Shown one piece after another: positions 1 to 12,900 of a stretch of 64,000 nucleotides of DNA (positions within the stretch are counted from its first letter, which is position 1; each line of letters opens with the position of its first letter). The position numbers were made by a program, and so were the translations under genes. Below the pieces are notes generated by a model. That model had not been told where the DNA came from. It saw nothing but the letters and a program-made list of their open reading frames with translations, and did no database searches. The DNA is taken from positions 62,001 through 126,000 of the forward strand of contig NIVC01000104.1 of the NCBI GenBank assembly GCA_002269645.1. Reading direction: 5' to 3'. The stretch comes from Macrostomum lignano (taxonomy: Eukaryota).

Positions 1-287
1 TAAGAAAATATGGCGTGACTGTTTTTACCTGCTGTTTGTCTGAGTCTTTGGGGGGGGGGGCGAGGTGCTAGCAAGGCATTTTATACTTTATTTTTTTGTC
101 ACTTTCACTGCTGTCTGTTTAATATATTTTTGATATTGAAATGCGGGCTCTTTTGGGGTGTTATGTCTGTGTGGAATTGTTTAACAAAAATAGTTTCAGT
201 TTGTTTTATTAACTTTACTAATTGTGTGTGTTAGCCCCTGTTACCCATTTTAAAATTGAGATCTTACACTTAGGAGTCGTCTTTTGT

Positions 288-720
288 CCCTGAAAATCGC
301 TCTTTGTCCTTGGAAATCGCCCTTCGTCCTTGGGAATCGCCCTTTTTCTTCGGGAATCGCCCTTCGTCCTTGGAAATCGCCCTTTTTCTTCGGGAATCGC
401 CCTTCGTCCTTGGGAATCGCTCTTTGTCCTCGGGAATCGCCCTTTGTCCTTGGAAATCGCCCTTTATCCTTTGGGAATTGCCCTTTGTCCTTGGGAATCG
501 CCCTTTGTCCTTGGGAATCGCCCTTTGTCTTTGGGAATCGCCCTTTGTCCCTGGAAATCGCCCTTTGTCCTCAGGAATCGCCCTTTGTCCTTGTGAATCG
601 CCCTTTGTTCTTAGGAATCGCTCATTATCCTCGGGAATTTTTCTTTATCTTTGGGAATCGACCTTTTATCCTTGGGAATCACCCTTTATCGATTGTGAAT
701 CGACCTTTATCTCTGGGGAT
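288..720. repeat. Minisatellite, about 20-bp unit GGGAATCGCCCTTTGTCCTT
   Basis: Direct tandem periodicity. Confidence 0.9.
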
Positions 721-1011
721 CACAATTTAACTTAGAGAATGAGGAAATTCCAATTTCCAATCCTCATTAAAAATAAATGCCTATCTCCGATGAAATGCCG
801 TGCATGATTCGGGCCAATTACTATAAATGGCAATTTTATTTACCTAAGGCAAGATTAGATTGGTAAGAGACAACATGCTTTATGTGTTGGTCTCACTCGT
901 TGAAAACGTTACCTCGTGACAAGAATCGCTAAAGAGTCATTGCAAACAGCTCACGAAGGGACTCTAGCGACTCTGGAACGACTCTTATACTTTTTTTGTT
1001 ATGAAATGCAA

Positions 1012-1112
1012 AATGCGATTCTGATTTATTAAGTGACGCAAATGCGCTTCAGACGCAACTCAGTGATTCTATACAGCGACTCCAGCACGCCTCAGATCTG
1101 ACTGTACGGCCC
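1012..1112 (+). repeat. Dispersed repeat fragment, related to 49631-49705
   Basis: Both sites share AATGCGATT...ACGCAAATGCGCTT...GCAACTCAGTGATTCTA...CGGCCCC. Confidence 0.55.
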
Positions 1113-1315
1113 CTATCGCACGAAAATCATTACAATCATGCCACGCCTAGCCTCAATTACCCCAGCTAATGCTGGCACCCATTTTGCAGCTGGGTGAACT
1201 GAAGCAATGCAGAGTTAAGTGTATTTTGCTCAAGGACACAAATTGTTCCAGTGGGACTGGGAATCGAACCCCCGACCTTCCAGTTGTGAGTCCGACGCCA
1301 CTAGGCTACAACCCC
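1110..1315 (-). mobile_element. tRNA-derived SINE with CORE-like central domain
   Basis: The minus strand reads GGGGTTGTAGCCTAGTGG (A box)...GGTTCGATTCCC (B box), then TGTGTCCTTGAGCAAAATACACTTAACTCTG...TTCAGTTCACCCAGCTGCAAAATGGG, which resembles the MIR/CORE consensus as recalled. A second copy lies at 48839. The 3' end is approximate. Confidence 0.75.
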
Positions 1316-1386
1316 TTGTTTTCAAAACAAAAATGATCAATACAATGAATACTGTAGAAGTTTTAATATAACAAAAACCACAACAG

Positions 1387-3919
1387 GCCGTTACCATGGC
1401 AACATCGACCTTGGCAACTCGTTCATCAGCTACAAGCGCAGCCGGCGCCGTATTCACATAGACGCCGGCTCCATAGTACATCATGTCCGTTGTAAACGCA
1501 ACGAAGATTTCGAAATGTGGATTGGCCAGTTGAACTGTCACCGGACTTATCGACACCTGCAGCTGCAGAATCAGCCTCCATCCGGTACGGGAAATCCGCA
1601 GTTTGCTGCCGCTGGTGTCGCCTCGCCGCTGCCTGTGCAGCTGCTGCCGCCGGCTATTGTCGCTGCCATCAGCGGTGGCGGCGGTGGTGGTGGCAGAGGC
1701 GGCAGCAGCGGTGGCGCCGGTAACGACCTACCAGACGCTCCTGTTGTGCCGATGTCACCGGCTGGTGAGTTTGTCTGCTTCTGCTTATTTTAATCAATTT
1801 AAATATCTAATTTCCGTGTGTGTGTTCATTTGATTGATTTGCTACTGGGAACTGTACAGAAATTCGAATTTTATCATCTATTCGTGATGTAGTGTATATT
1901 AATTGCATAGTTTAAATTCAATTCATAGAGTGCTTAGATTGACGGAGATGAAAATGAGAGGATAGATAGATAGATATGAGAGGATAGAGAGATAGACATG
2001 AGGGGATATAGAGATAGACATGAGGGGATAGAGAGAGATAGACATGAGAGGATAGAGAGATATATATGAGAGGATAGAGAGATAGATATGAGAGGATAGA
2101 GAGATAGACATGAGGGGATAGAGAGAGATAGACATGAGAGGATAGAGAGATAGACATGAGAGGATAGAGAGATAGATATGAGAGGATAGAGAGATAGACA
2201 TGAGAAGATAGATAGATAGACATAAGAGGATAGAGAGATAGACATAAGAGGAAAGAGAGATAGACATGAGAGGATAGAGAGATAGATATGAGAGGATAGA
2301 GAGATAGACATGAGAGGATAGAGAGATAGATATGAGAGGATAGAGAGATAGATATGAGAGGATAGATAGATAGACATGAGAGGATAGATAGATAGACATG
2401 AGAGGATAGAGAGAGATAGACATGAGAGGATAGAGAGAGATAGACATGATAGGATAGAGAGATAGACATGAGAGGATAGAGAGATAGACATGAGGGGATA
2501 GAGAGATAGACATGAGGGGATAGAGAGATAGACATGAGAGGATAGAGAGATAGACATGAGAGGATAGAGATAGACATGAGGGGATAGAGAGATAGACATG
2601 AGAGGATAGATAGATAGACATGAGAGGATAGAGAGATAGACATGAGGGGATAGAGAGATAGACATGAGGGGATAGAGAGATAGACATGAGGGGATAGAGA
2701 GATAGACATGAGGGGATAGAGAGATAGACATGAGGGGATAGAGAGAGATAGACATGAGAGGATAGAGAGAGATAGACATGAGAGGGTAGAGAGAGATAGA
2801 CATGAGAGGATAGAGAGAGATAGACATGATAGGATAGAGAGAGATAGACATGATAGGATAGAGAGAGATAGGCATGGGAGGAGAGAGAGATAGACATGAG
2901 AGGATAGAGAGAGATAGACATGAGAGGATAGAGAGAGATAGACATGATAGGATAGAGAGAGATAGACATGATAGGATAGAGAGAGATAGGCATGGGAGGA
3001 GAGAGAGATAGACATGAGAGGATAGAGAGAGATAGACATGAGAGGATAGAGAGAGATAGACATGAGAGGATAGAGAGATAGACATGAGAGGATAGAGAGA
3101 GATAGGCATGGGAGGAGAGAGAGATAGACATGAGAGGATAGAGAGAGATAGACATGAGAGGATAGAGAGATAGACATGAGAGGATAGAGAGAGATAGACA
3201 TGGGAGGAGAGAGATAGACATGAGATGATAGAGAGATATACGAGAGAATAGAGAGATAGACGAGAGGATAGAGAGATAGACGAGAGGATAGAGAGAGAGT
3301 CATGAGAGGAGAGAGAGATAGACATGAGAGGATATAGAGAGATAGACATGAGAGGATAGAGAGAGATAGACATGAGAGGATAGAGAGATAGACATGAGAG
3401 GATAGAGAGAGATAGACATGAGAGGATAGAGAGATAGACATGAGAGGATAGAGAGATAGACATGAGAGGATAGAGAGATAGACATGAGAGGATAGAGAGA
3501 GATAGACATGAGAGGATAGAGAGAGATAGACATGGGAGGAGAGAGATAGAAATGATAGGATAGAGAGAGATAGACATGATAGGATAGAGAGAGATAGACA
3601 TTACAGGATAGAGATAGAGAGCGATAGACGTGAGAATCGATGACATAAATCATAAACAATCATGCAGCCACAGAGACACGCGGATAAACAGACTGATAGA
3701 TGGATATACAGTTAGAAATGTGAAGTGTCTCAGTGTGCCATGACCAAGGGAGAAATATGACTCGTACTACTGCACGTATGAAATTATATAATTGCTGAGG
3801 CGTATGATCAATTATATGCATCTAAGGAAACATCTCACCATTTTTGTATCCTGTCTGTTGCCAGTTGGGTATACAAGTATATCATAGCATGCTCAAGCTG
3901 AGTCCATCGATTTCTTAGT

Positions 3920-3980
<61 letters not shown>

Positions 3981-6900
3981 TGCACTTAGCAGCTGACTTT
4001 CCAGACAGACTTCACTCTCTGCCCTCCCCTCGCCCTCTTCTTTCTTGTCGCTGGGTTCGCTGTACTATATGCCCGAAAGAGATTAAAATTGTATTATCCT
4101 AACCCTAAGTTCGGTTTTCTTTGCACTCTTACGGACCTGACGAAATGTTGCAGAGCCTAACAGTATGCCTTATATATAAATGGCGCTAAATATGTTTAGT
4201 AGTGTAGCTATTAAGCCAGTCTAAGTTCTTTCTCACACTATTTATGTTTTCCGTTTCTGTCAACTCGAGTGTTTCCTGCCACTCTGATTCTCTTTTGTCA
4301 ACTGGGAGAGAGTCTCCAGCTATGGCACTGTTTAGTCTAGGTTTGAGTATTTACTTATAAAAGCGCATTTTAGGTGCATATTGGACACAGACACAGTTTT
4401 CGGTAGTTTAGTTAGTTGCGTATAATGTGCCTGTATAAACTGAAATAGTTACTGCCTGATACAGACTGGGGTGTTGCAGATGGCGGAGACTGGGGTGTTG
4501 CAGATGGTGGAGACTGGGGTGTTGCAGATGGCGGAGACTGGGGTGTTGCAGATGGTGGAGACTGGGGTGTTGCAGATGATGGAGACTGGGGTATTGCAGA
4601 TGCCTGATGGAGACTGGGTATTGCAGATGCCTGATGGAGACTGGGGTATTGCAGATGCCTGATGGAGACTGGGGTATTGCAGATGCCTGATGGAGACTGG
4701 GGTATTGCAGATGCCTGATGGAGACTGGGGTATTGCAGATGTCTGATGGAGACTGGGGTATTGCAGATGTCTGATGGAGACTGGGGTCTTGCCGATGTCT
4801 GATGGAGACTGGGGTATTGCAGATATGGAGACTGGAATGTTGCAGATGATGGAGACTGGGATGTTGCAGATGATGGAGACTGGGATGTTGCAGATGATGG
4901 AGACTGGGGTATTGCAGATGATGGAGACTGGAATGTTGCAGATGATGGAGACTGGGATGTTGCAGATGATGGAGACTGGAATTTTGCAGATGATGGAGAC
5001 TGGGATGTTGCAGATGATGGAGACTGGGATGTTGCAGATGATGGAGACTGGAATGTTGCAGATGATGGAGACTGGGATGTTGCAGATGATGGAGACTGGG
5101 ATGTTGCAGATGATGGAGACTGGGATGTTGCAGATGATGGAGACTGGGATGTTGCAGATATGGAGACTATGGTATTACAGATGATGAAGACTAGGGCGTT
5201 GCAGATGCCTGAAGTGCTGCATCTGTAGGTTTTAGCTGTAGCTACTAAGCTGTGGTCATAAAAGTTTAAAACAATGGAGTAAGGATTACAATGGAACGGA
5301 AATGGAAGCCTGTTAAGTATTGTCACTTTAAAATCATAGTTTCCAGAGTTTCCTAAGCTAAGAGCTTTAGCATACGCTGATGACTGTATGAATAGGTAAA
5401 AGACAAAAAAAATTACAGGTATTGCGGAGGCAGAGCTTGAACTTAGTTCCTTCTAATTAGGTTGGACAGGTCTTAGTTACTGTTAATTGGTCTCGATAAC
5501 AAGACTCCGACGAAAAGGCATCATAGGGCCGATATCGACATTAAAGGATAGCTCGGGGCGAACTCTTCAAAGGTAAACTCTGTGTATGCGTTAACGCTGT
5601 ATTGTGTGCTTGTACTTTCTGATTTTTTTGGGTTGTTAACCGTCTGGTTCAATAATTAGCACGCTCTATTACCATCAAATAGAATTTGCCTATCAGCCAT
5701 GTAGGTCTCAAAGGGGGCCGTAGCCCAGCGGTAGCGCAGCTGCTCTGGTGTGCCAGCCAGCGGCCCAGGCTCGATTCCAAGTGCAGTCACATTAATTTGG
5801 GGCTGAATTGGAATCTCGGCTTGGCTCTGCTCGTGCAATTAACGGCCTTGAGAGCCAACCCCCCATGGCACAGTGAAGTGTACATGCCTAACGATAATAT
5901 AAAGTTAGGGCCGCTGTACACTCCTGTGTGAGTGTGTGCCTGCGTACGTATCCGCGCGCTTGTCTGCCTGCTCAGGGGAGTCGGTGGAATGGGCAGCAAT
6001 GCCTCTCGCCGGTTGTGTGCCTATGTCGCTTAAAGTGCGCCAGGGTGCACACAACCCCCCTGCCTCTAATAAAAAAATGTAGTTCTTAAGTAAGCTTGTA
6101 CTTTGAAAATTTATATTTCAAAATATGCTAGTGTTTAAAGTACACTTGCGCACCCGACCCCCCCCCCCCGCAGAGAGCGTCAAGCTGAAGTCTCTGACCA
6201 TCGCTCGCACTGGGTCCCTCACCCGGGGCATGCCGCCCGGCTCCCTGTCTGCCGCCACCCTGCGCCGACTTCGCGACACAACCGGGGTTGCCGCTGCTTC
6301 CGCTGCCGCCGCCGCCGCCGCCGCCGACGACGCCGTGGCGGGCAAACTGCAAAAACTTCGCGGCCTCGTTACAGATATTGAAGCCATGCTGGAGTCCTGC
6401 TCCAAGTTCTGCGACAGTGGAAAGGTGAGTGAAGGTGCATTTTTTGTACTTTTAAAACAATTCCTAGTTTTTATAATAATTTTTTTAAACCTTAATACCA
6501 GTTAACAACCCGTGAGTACTTAATGGTTTTTATATTATTAGATAATACCGTATCCCATGTAAATAATCCGTTGCTAAGCAGCTCAGGTTTGCTATATTAT
6601 TAGATAATACCGTATCCAAGGTAAATAATCCGTTGCTAAGCAGCTCATGTTTGCTATATTATTAGATAATACCGTATCCAAGGTAAATAGTCCGTTGCTA
6701 AGCAGCTCAGGTTTGCTATATTATTAGATGATACCGTATCCAAGGTAAATAATCCGTTGCTAAGCAGCTCAGGTTTGCTATATTATTAGATAATACCGTA
6801 TCCAAGGTAAATAATCTGTTGCTAAGCAGCTCAGGTTTGCTATATTATTAGATAATACCGTATCCAAGGTAAATAATCTGTTGCTAAGCAGCTCAGGTTT

Positions 6901-9900
6901 GCTATATTATTAGATGATACCGTATCTAAGGTAAATAATCCGTTGCTAAGCAGCTCAGGTTTGCTACAACAAGATATAATCGTTTGCTGTTTTGAATGAT
7001 TTCAAAAATTCCAACAAAGCTTTTTGATTTGTAAATACTCCGTGTAAATAAAAATCGATAGACGTAAAAGTACAATGTACTAAATATTGATCGATTCTGT
7101 TCTCGCTCTGCTCTCTGTGCACTCAAGCAGCTGAGCCAGTCCGTAGGCAGTGGCACAGCCGCCGCCGCCGACGCCGCCGCTGCCGCCGCAGCCTCATCAA
7201 CCACAGGCGGCGGCGCCAGCAGTGGCAGCGGCAGGCGCCGGGGCCAGCACACCTACTTTCATCTGAAACGAAAACGCAGCACGGAAGGGTTGAACAGCAG
7301 CAAGTCTAAGGTTGTCTGTCGCTAATAGCGAAATGCCAAATTTTTACCTTTCCTATGTGTTTGTCTACATTCTTAAAATATAATATGGGATTAATGCATT
7401 AGTCTGCTCTATCCTGCGCGTTCCTCTGTCTGTGAAAGTTTTCTCTTTTTTTCACTTATTTTCCGGCTTCTGATAAAGTAGATGGCCGAGTTGTTGGTGA
7501 ATGGGTTGACTGCATTGCACTCTAGCCGTGTCGTGTCGTGTCTTTTTGCGTTGTGTTTCGACTGTTAGTAGCTTCTAATTGGCACAAAACCTCCATGGCA
7601 GACTGCACTGACTTTTACAAGTTCAATGGCCTATCAGACAAGACCAGGCCACACCAAATCAGATCAGATCAGAAGACAGACAGAGGACAGAAATGATACA
7701 GACAGGGGGCAGAAATGATACAGACAGGGGACAGAAATGATACAGACAGAGGACAAAAATGATGCAGACAGAGGACAGAAATGATACAGACAGAAGACAG
7801 AAATGATACAGACAGGGGGCAGAAATGATACAGACAGGGGGCAGAAATGATACAGACAGGGGGCAGAAATGATACAGACAGAGGACAAAAATGATGCAGA
7901 CAGAGGACAGAAATGATACAGACAGAAGACAGAAATGATACAGACAGAAGACAGAAATGATACAGACAGGGGGCAGAAATGATACAGACAGGGGGCAGAA
8001 ATGATACAGACAGGGGGCAGAAATGATACAGACAGAGGACAAAAATGATGCAGACAGAGGACAGAAATGATACAGACAGAAGACAGAAATGATACAGACA
8101 GAAGACAGAAATGATACAGACAGGGGGCAGAAATGATACAGACAGGGGGCAGAAATGATACAGACAGGGGGCAGAAATGATACAGACAGAGGACAAAAAT
8201 GATGCAGACAGAGGACAGAAATGATACAGACAGAAGACAGAAATGATACAGACAGAGGACAGAAATGATACAGACCGAGAGCAGAAATGATACAGACAGA
8301 GGACAGAAATGATACAGACCGAGAGCAGAAATGATACAGACAGAGGACAGAAATGATACAGACAGAGGTCTGAAATGATACAGACCGAGAGCAGAATTAA
8401 TACAGACAAACATGTGGAAGACGTACTGAATGCTGATAACTTCTGTTGAAAAAAGCATTAAAACCCCAAGGGCTTAGTTAGTGTTCTCTATCCCATTTGT
8501 ATTTGACAATACTTGCATAGCAGAGTGAATTTACATACAAGTATCCTAGAAAGCTACGTCCATACGCATATTACACTACTTAGTTCAGCTTTTCAGTAGC
8601 AAGTTTAGTAAAAAATCCTAAATATATTCAATATCTACTAAACCATATTAAATATCAAATATTTGCACACCTGCCCTTCCCTATCCCATTGAGACTATGC
8701 AAAACTTTAAGTATTACTAAACTAGAAAATTTCTTGTCTGAACTTTTTGAAATTTTGTTTCGGTGTATAAGAATACACTATATATATTGTAATTTTTGCA
8801 TCCGTGTTGTCTGCCGTGAGTTATGCGTTTATATATTTACTATTGTTTAGTATATCTATTATACACGCTTGTCCTCACTAGCTTATCATTATCATTATTG
8901 TTATTATTATTATTAGCTTTCATTTAGTAATTCACGCACGGTCAGAGCAAGTCAGTATTAAGCTTATTGTACTTTATATATTGTAGATAATATATTGTAA
9001 TATGATAATATAGATTACTAAAACCTGTCTATGGCGCTGGATTGGCGCTACAATCCATCTATGGCGCTAAATTGGCGCTACAATCTTGTCGTATGGCGCT
9101 AAATTGGCGCTACAATCTTGTCAATGGCGCTAAATTGGCGCTAAAATCTTGTCGTATGGCGCTAAATTGGCGCTAAAATCTTGTCGTATGGCGCTAAATT
9201 GGCGCTACAATGGAACTAATTTGCGTTCAGTCTGGACTCTTGTCGGGTAGTGATAAGATTAATAAGCCAGTCTCCCAATATACTACTAAATCAGCCATGG
9301 CTAAGGCAGTAGTAAGTCTTTCATTGTAACAAAACACTTTGGCAGGGCAAAGCTGGCAGCAGCAGCGGCGGAGGAGGCAGCGGCAGCGTCGCTATTCGAG
9401 AATCTTCATCCTCAGCCTCCGGCCTTGGCGTTGGCAGCGGCGGCGGTCTTCAACAATCGTCAAGCAATCCAAATCTGCAGGAGCTGTCCGTCAGCTCCTC
9501 GTCTGCTGCCAAAGCTAAGCAGCGACATTCGGCGCTGGACGTTCCAGTCGGCGGCGGCGGCGGAGGCGCATTCGAAGCCAAAGACTTGGCCGACACCTTG
9601 GCAGTGTTTCTGATGAAGGCCAACTCGGCTGCTGAGCTGATTCGGCAAGCTGGCCTGGATTTGGCTGGCGAGCGGCGCCGCATTCTCACTGCACAGTCGA
9701 CCGCCGCTGCCGCGTCTGCAGCTGCCGCGGCCGCTGACAGTGGCGACTCCAGCGGCGGGTCGGCTTCGGGCTCAGCTGCCGCGGCCGCCGCAGCTGCTGC
9801 TATGGTTACAGCTGAAGATGTCGCCCAGCTCACTGCTCAAGTCACCGAGCTGAGCCGGCAGAATCAGGATTTGCGCCAACGGTTAAGCCTAATCCATGGT

Positions 9901-12900
9901 CATTCGGACCTGTCAGCTATGATTGTGTCCGCTGTGCCGCAGGCGTTGCTGCCAGACTCTGCTAATATTAGTTCCTCTCTGTCTAGGGACAGCATCACGG
10001 AGTATCATGATGCCGCTGAGCGGCTGAGCCTGGATATGTCCAGCAGTGAGGTGAGTGCTCTGAAGTTTGGCTGCACAGTTTTAGCGACAAAAATCGTATA
10101 AGAGGTCATTTGAGTTGGACATTATTTATCGATTCTAACGGTTGATTGATTCTAAAGTACTTGGGGGAATTCTTAAGAAGCTAATGGATGAAATTCTCAG
10201 GAAGCTGGTGGGGGAATTCTCAAGGAGCTGATGAAGGAATTCTCAAGGAGCTGATGAGGGGAATTTTCAAGATGCTGATGAGGGCAATTCTTAAAACGCT
10301 GATATGGAGAATTCTCAAGAAGCTGATGAGGGGAATTCTTAAGATGCTGATGAGGGCAATTCTCAAGATGCTGATAAAGGGAATTTTCAAGATGCTGATG
10401 AGGGAAATTCTCAAGAAGCTGATGAGGGCAATTTTCAAGAATCTGATGGGGGAATTCTCTAGAAGTTGATGAGGGAATTCTCTAGAAGCTGATTAAGGAA
10501 CTTTCTAGAAGCTGATGAGGGGAATTCTCAAGAAGCTGATAAGGGGAATTTTTAAGATACTGATGAGGGAAATTCTCAAGAAGCTGATGGGGGAATTCTC
10601 TAGAAGCTGATGGGGGAATTCTCTAGAAGTTGATAGGGGAATTCTCTAAAAGCTGATTAAGGAACTTTCTAGAAGCTGATGAGGGGAATTCTCAAGAAGC
10701 TGATAAGGGGAATTTTTAAGATACTGATGAGGGAAATTCTCAAGAAGCTGATGGGGGAATTCTCTAGAAGCTGATGGGGGAATTCTCTAGAAGTTGATAG
10801 GGGAATTCTCTAAAAGCTGATTAAGGAATTTTCTAGAAGCTGATGAGGGGAATTCTCAAGAAGCTGATGAGGGGAATTCTTAAGATGCTGATGAGGGCAA
10901 TTCTCTAGAAGCTGATGAGAGGAATTCTCTAGAAGCTGATGGGGGAATTCTCTAGAAGTTGATGAGGGAATTCTCTAGAAGCTGATGGGGGAATTCTCTA
11001 GAAGCTGATGGGGGAATTCTCTAGAAGCTGATAGGGGAATTCTCTAGAAGCTGATGAGGGAAATTCTCAAGATGCTGATGAGGGGAATTCTCAAGAAGCT
11101 GATGAGGGGAATTTTCAAGATGCTGATAGGGGAATTCTCTAGAAGCTGATGGGGGAATTCTCTAGAAGCTGATGAGGGGAATTTTCAAGATGCTGATGAG
11201 GGGAATTCTCAAGAAGCTGACGAGGGGAATTTTCAAGGAGCTGATAGTGGAATTCTCAAGAAGCTGAGGAAAGAAATTAAGAACACCGAAGGATTATTAT
11301 TAGAGTTAATAAATAGTTTTTGGACAGTATTTATAAGGACATATGATGATTATTTTACCAAGCTCAAACATCAACCCTAATCCCCGTCAGTCCGAAGACG
11401 AACTCAGCGATGAGGACGACGCCAACCCGCCAGCTGCCGATGCGTCCAATCAAGCTTCAAGTTCAACAGTGGCCGCAGCTTCCGGCTCAGCTGATGCCTC
11501 GCCCGGCGGCGCAGCTAACGACGCTTCAACTACAGGAGCTAGCGCGGCCGGCCTAGAGGTGGCCACCACAGGTCGCCGGGAGGTTCTGCCGGTGCCGCAG
11601 CCTGACGGCGGCAACCTGAGCCTGTTCAACATTCTGTGCCGCAATATTGGCAAAGATTTGACCAGCGTTCGTATGCCGATAGCGTCTAATGAACCGTTGA
11701 ATGCTTTGCAGCGACTGTGCGAGGAATTGGAGTATAGCAGTTTGCTGGATCAGGCTGCCGCGGCTAAGGACCCGCTCGAGCGGCTGGTGCTTGTTGTCGC
11801 ATTCGCAGTGTCCGCCTACGCTTGCACAGCTACTAGGAGCGCTAAGAAGCCCTTCAATCCGTTGCTAGGGGAGACTTACGAGTGCGTGCGCGAGGATAGG
11901 GGCTGGAAGTTCATTTCCGAGCAGGTGAGAGCTGCCTTTGTTGCTATGGGAAAATGTAGTGGTGGGTTTATGGGTGGGTTTGTGGGTGGGTTTGTGGGTG
12001 GGTTTATGGGTGGGATTGTGGTTGGGTTTGTGGGTGGGTTGTGAGTGGGATTGTGGGTGGGTTTGTGGGTGGGTTGTGAGTGGGATTGTGGGTGGGTTTG
12101 TGGGTGGGTTGTGAGTGGGATTGTGGTTGGGTTTGTGGGTAGGTTGTGAGTGGGATTGTGGGTGGGTTTGTGGGTGGGTTGTGAGTGGGATTGTGGGTGG
12201 GTTTGTGGGTGGGTTGTGAGTGGGATTGTGGGTGTGTTTGTGGGTGGGTTGTGAGTGGGATTGTGGGTGTGTTTGTGGGTGGGTTGTGAGTGGGATTGTG
12301 GTTGGGTTTGTGGGTAGGTTGTGAGTGGGATTGTGGGTGGGTTTGTGGGTGGGTTGTGAGTGGGATTGTGGGTGGGTTTGTGGGTGGGTTGTGAGTGGGA
12401 TTGTGGGTGGGTTTGTGGGTGGGTTGTGAGTGGGATTGTGGGTGTGTTTGTGGGTGGGTTTGTGGGTGGGATTGTGGGTGGGATTGTGGATGGGATTGTG
12501 GGTGGCATTGTGGGTAGGTTTGAGGGTGGGTTTTTGGGTGGCATTGTTGGTGGGTTGTTTGTGGTTTGTGGGTGGGACTGTGGGTGGGTTTGTGGGTAGG
12601 TACAGTTTTTGGTTGGGCAAAGTATGGCAAAAACAAGGATAAATGAGACCCTTACGAAATAAAGCAAGACTTCTTTACCACCTAACACCCATGCATTCGC
12701 CCTTACCCAAGGTGTCGCACCACCCGCCAGTGGCCGCCTGTCACTGTGAAAGCGACGCGTGGGAGTTCTGGCAAGACTGCCGGCTGCGCAACAAATTCTG
12801 GGGCAAAAGTTTAGAAGCTCAGCCGCTTGGCGCCATCCGGCTGCGGTTTAAAGACAGCGGGGAGCTGTTCCAGTGGAATAAAGTGACCACGTGCATCTAT

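Noticed and set aside
1918-3659. 430-570 aa Ser/Leu-rich ORFs on the - strand
   Set aside because: GA-rich minisatellite inside an OSBP intron; open in all three frames.
6530-6965. CRISPR-like arrays (also 23110-23725, 50815-51525, 57700-58400)
   Set aside because: Head-to-tail repeats with no unique spacers, no cas genes, and a eukaryotic intronic context.
9450-9833. Antisense or alternative-frame ORFs over GC-rich exons (also 6926-7252, 24003-24335, 39035-39418, 56275-56592)
   Set aside because: Expected shadows of GC-rich, Ala/Gly-coding exons.
10160-11270. Hammerhead ribozyme core (CTGATGA in each unit followed by a small stem)
   Set aside because: There is no GAAA after stem II and no stem III/NUH geometry.
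11960-12600. Interstitial telomere
   Set aside because: G-rich, but a 35-bp unit without tandem TTAGGG.
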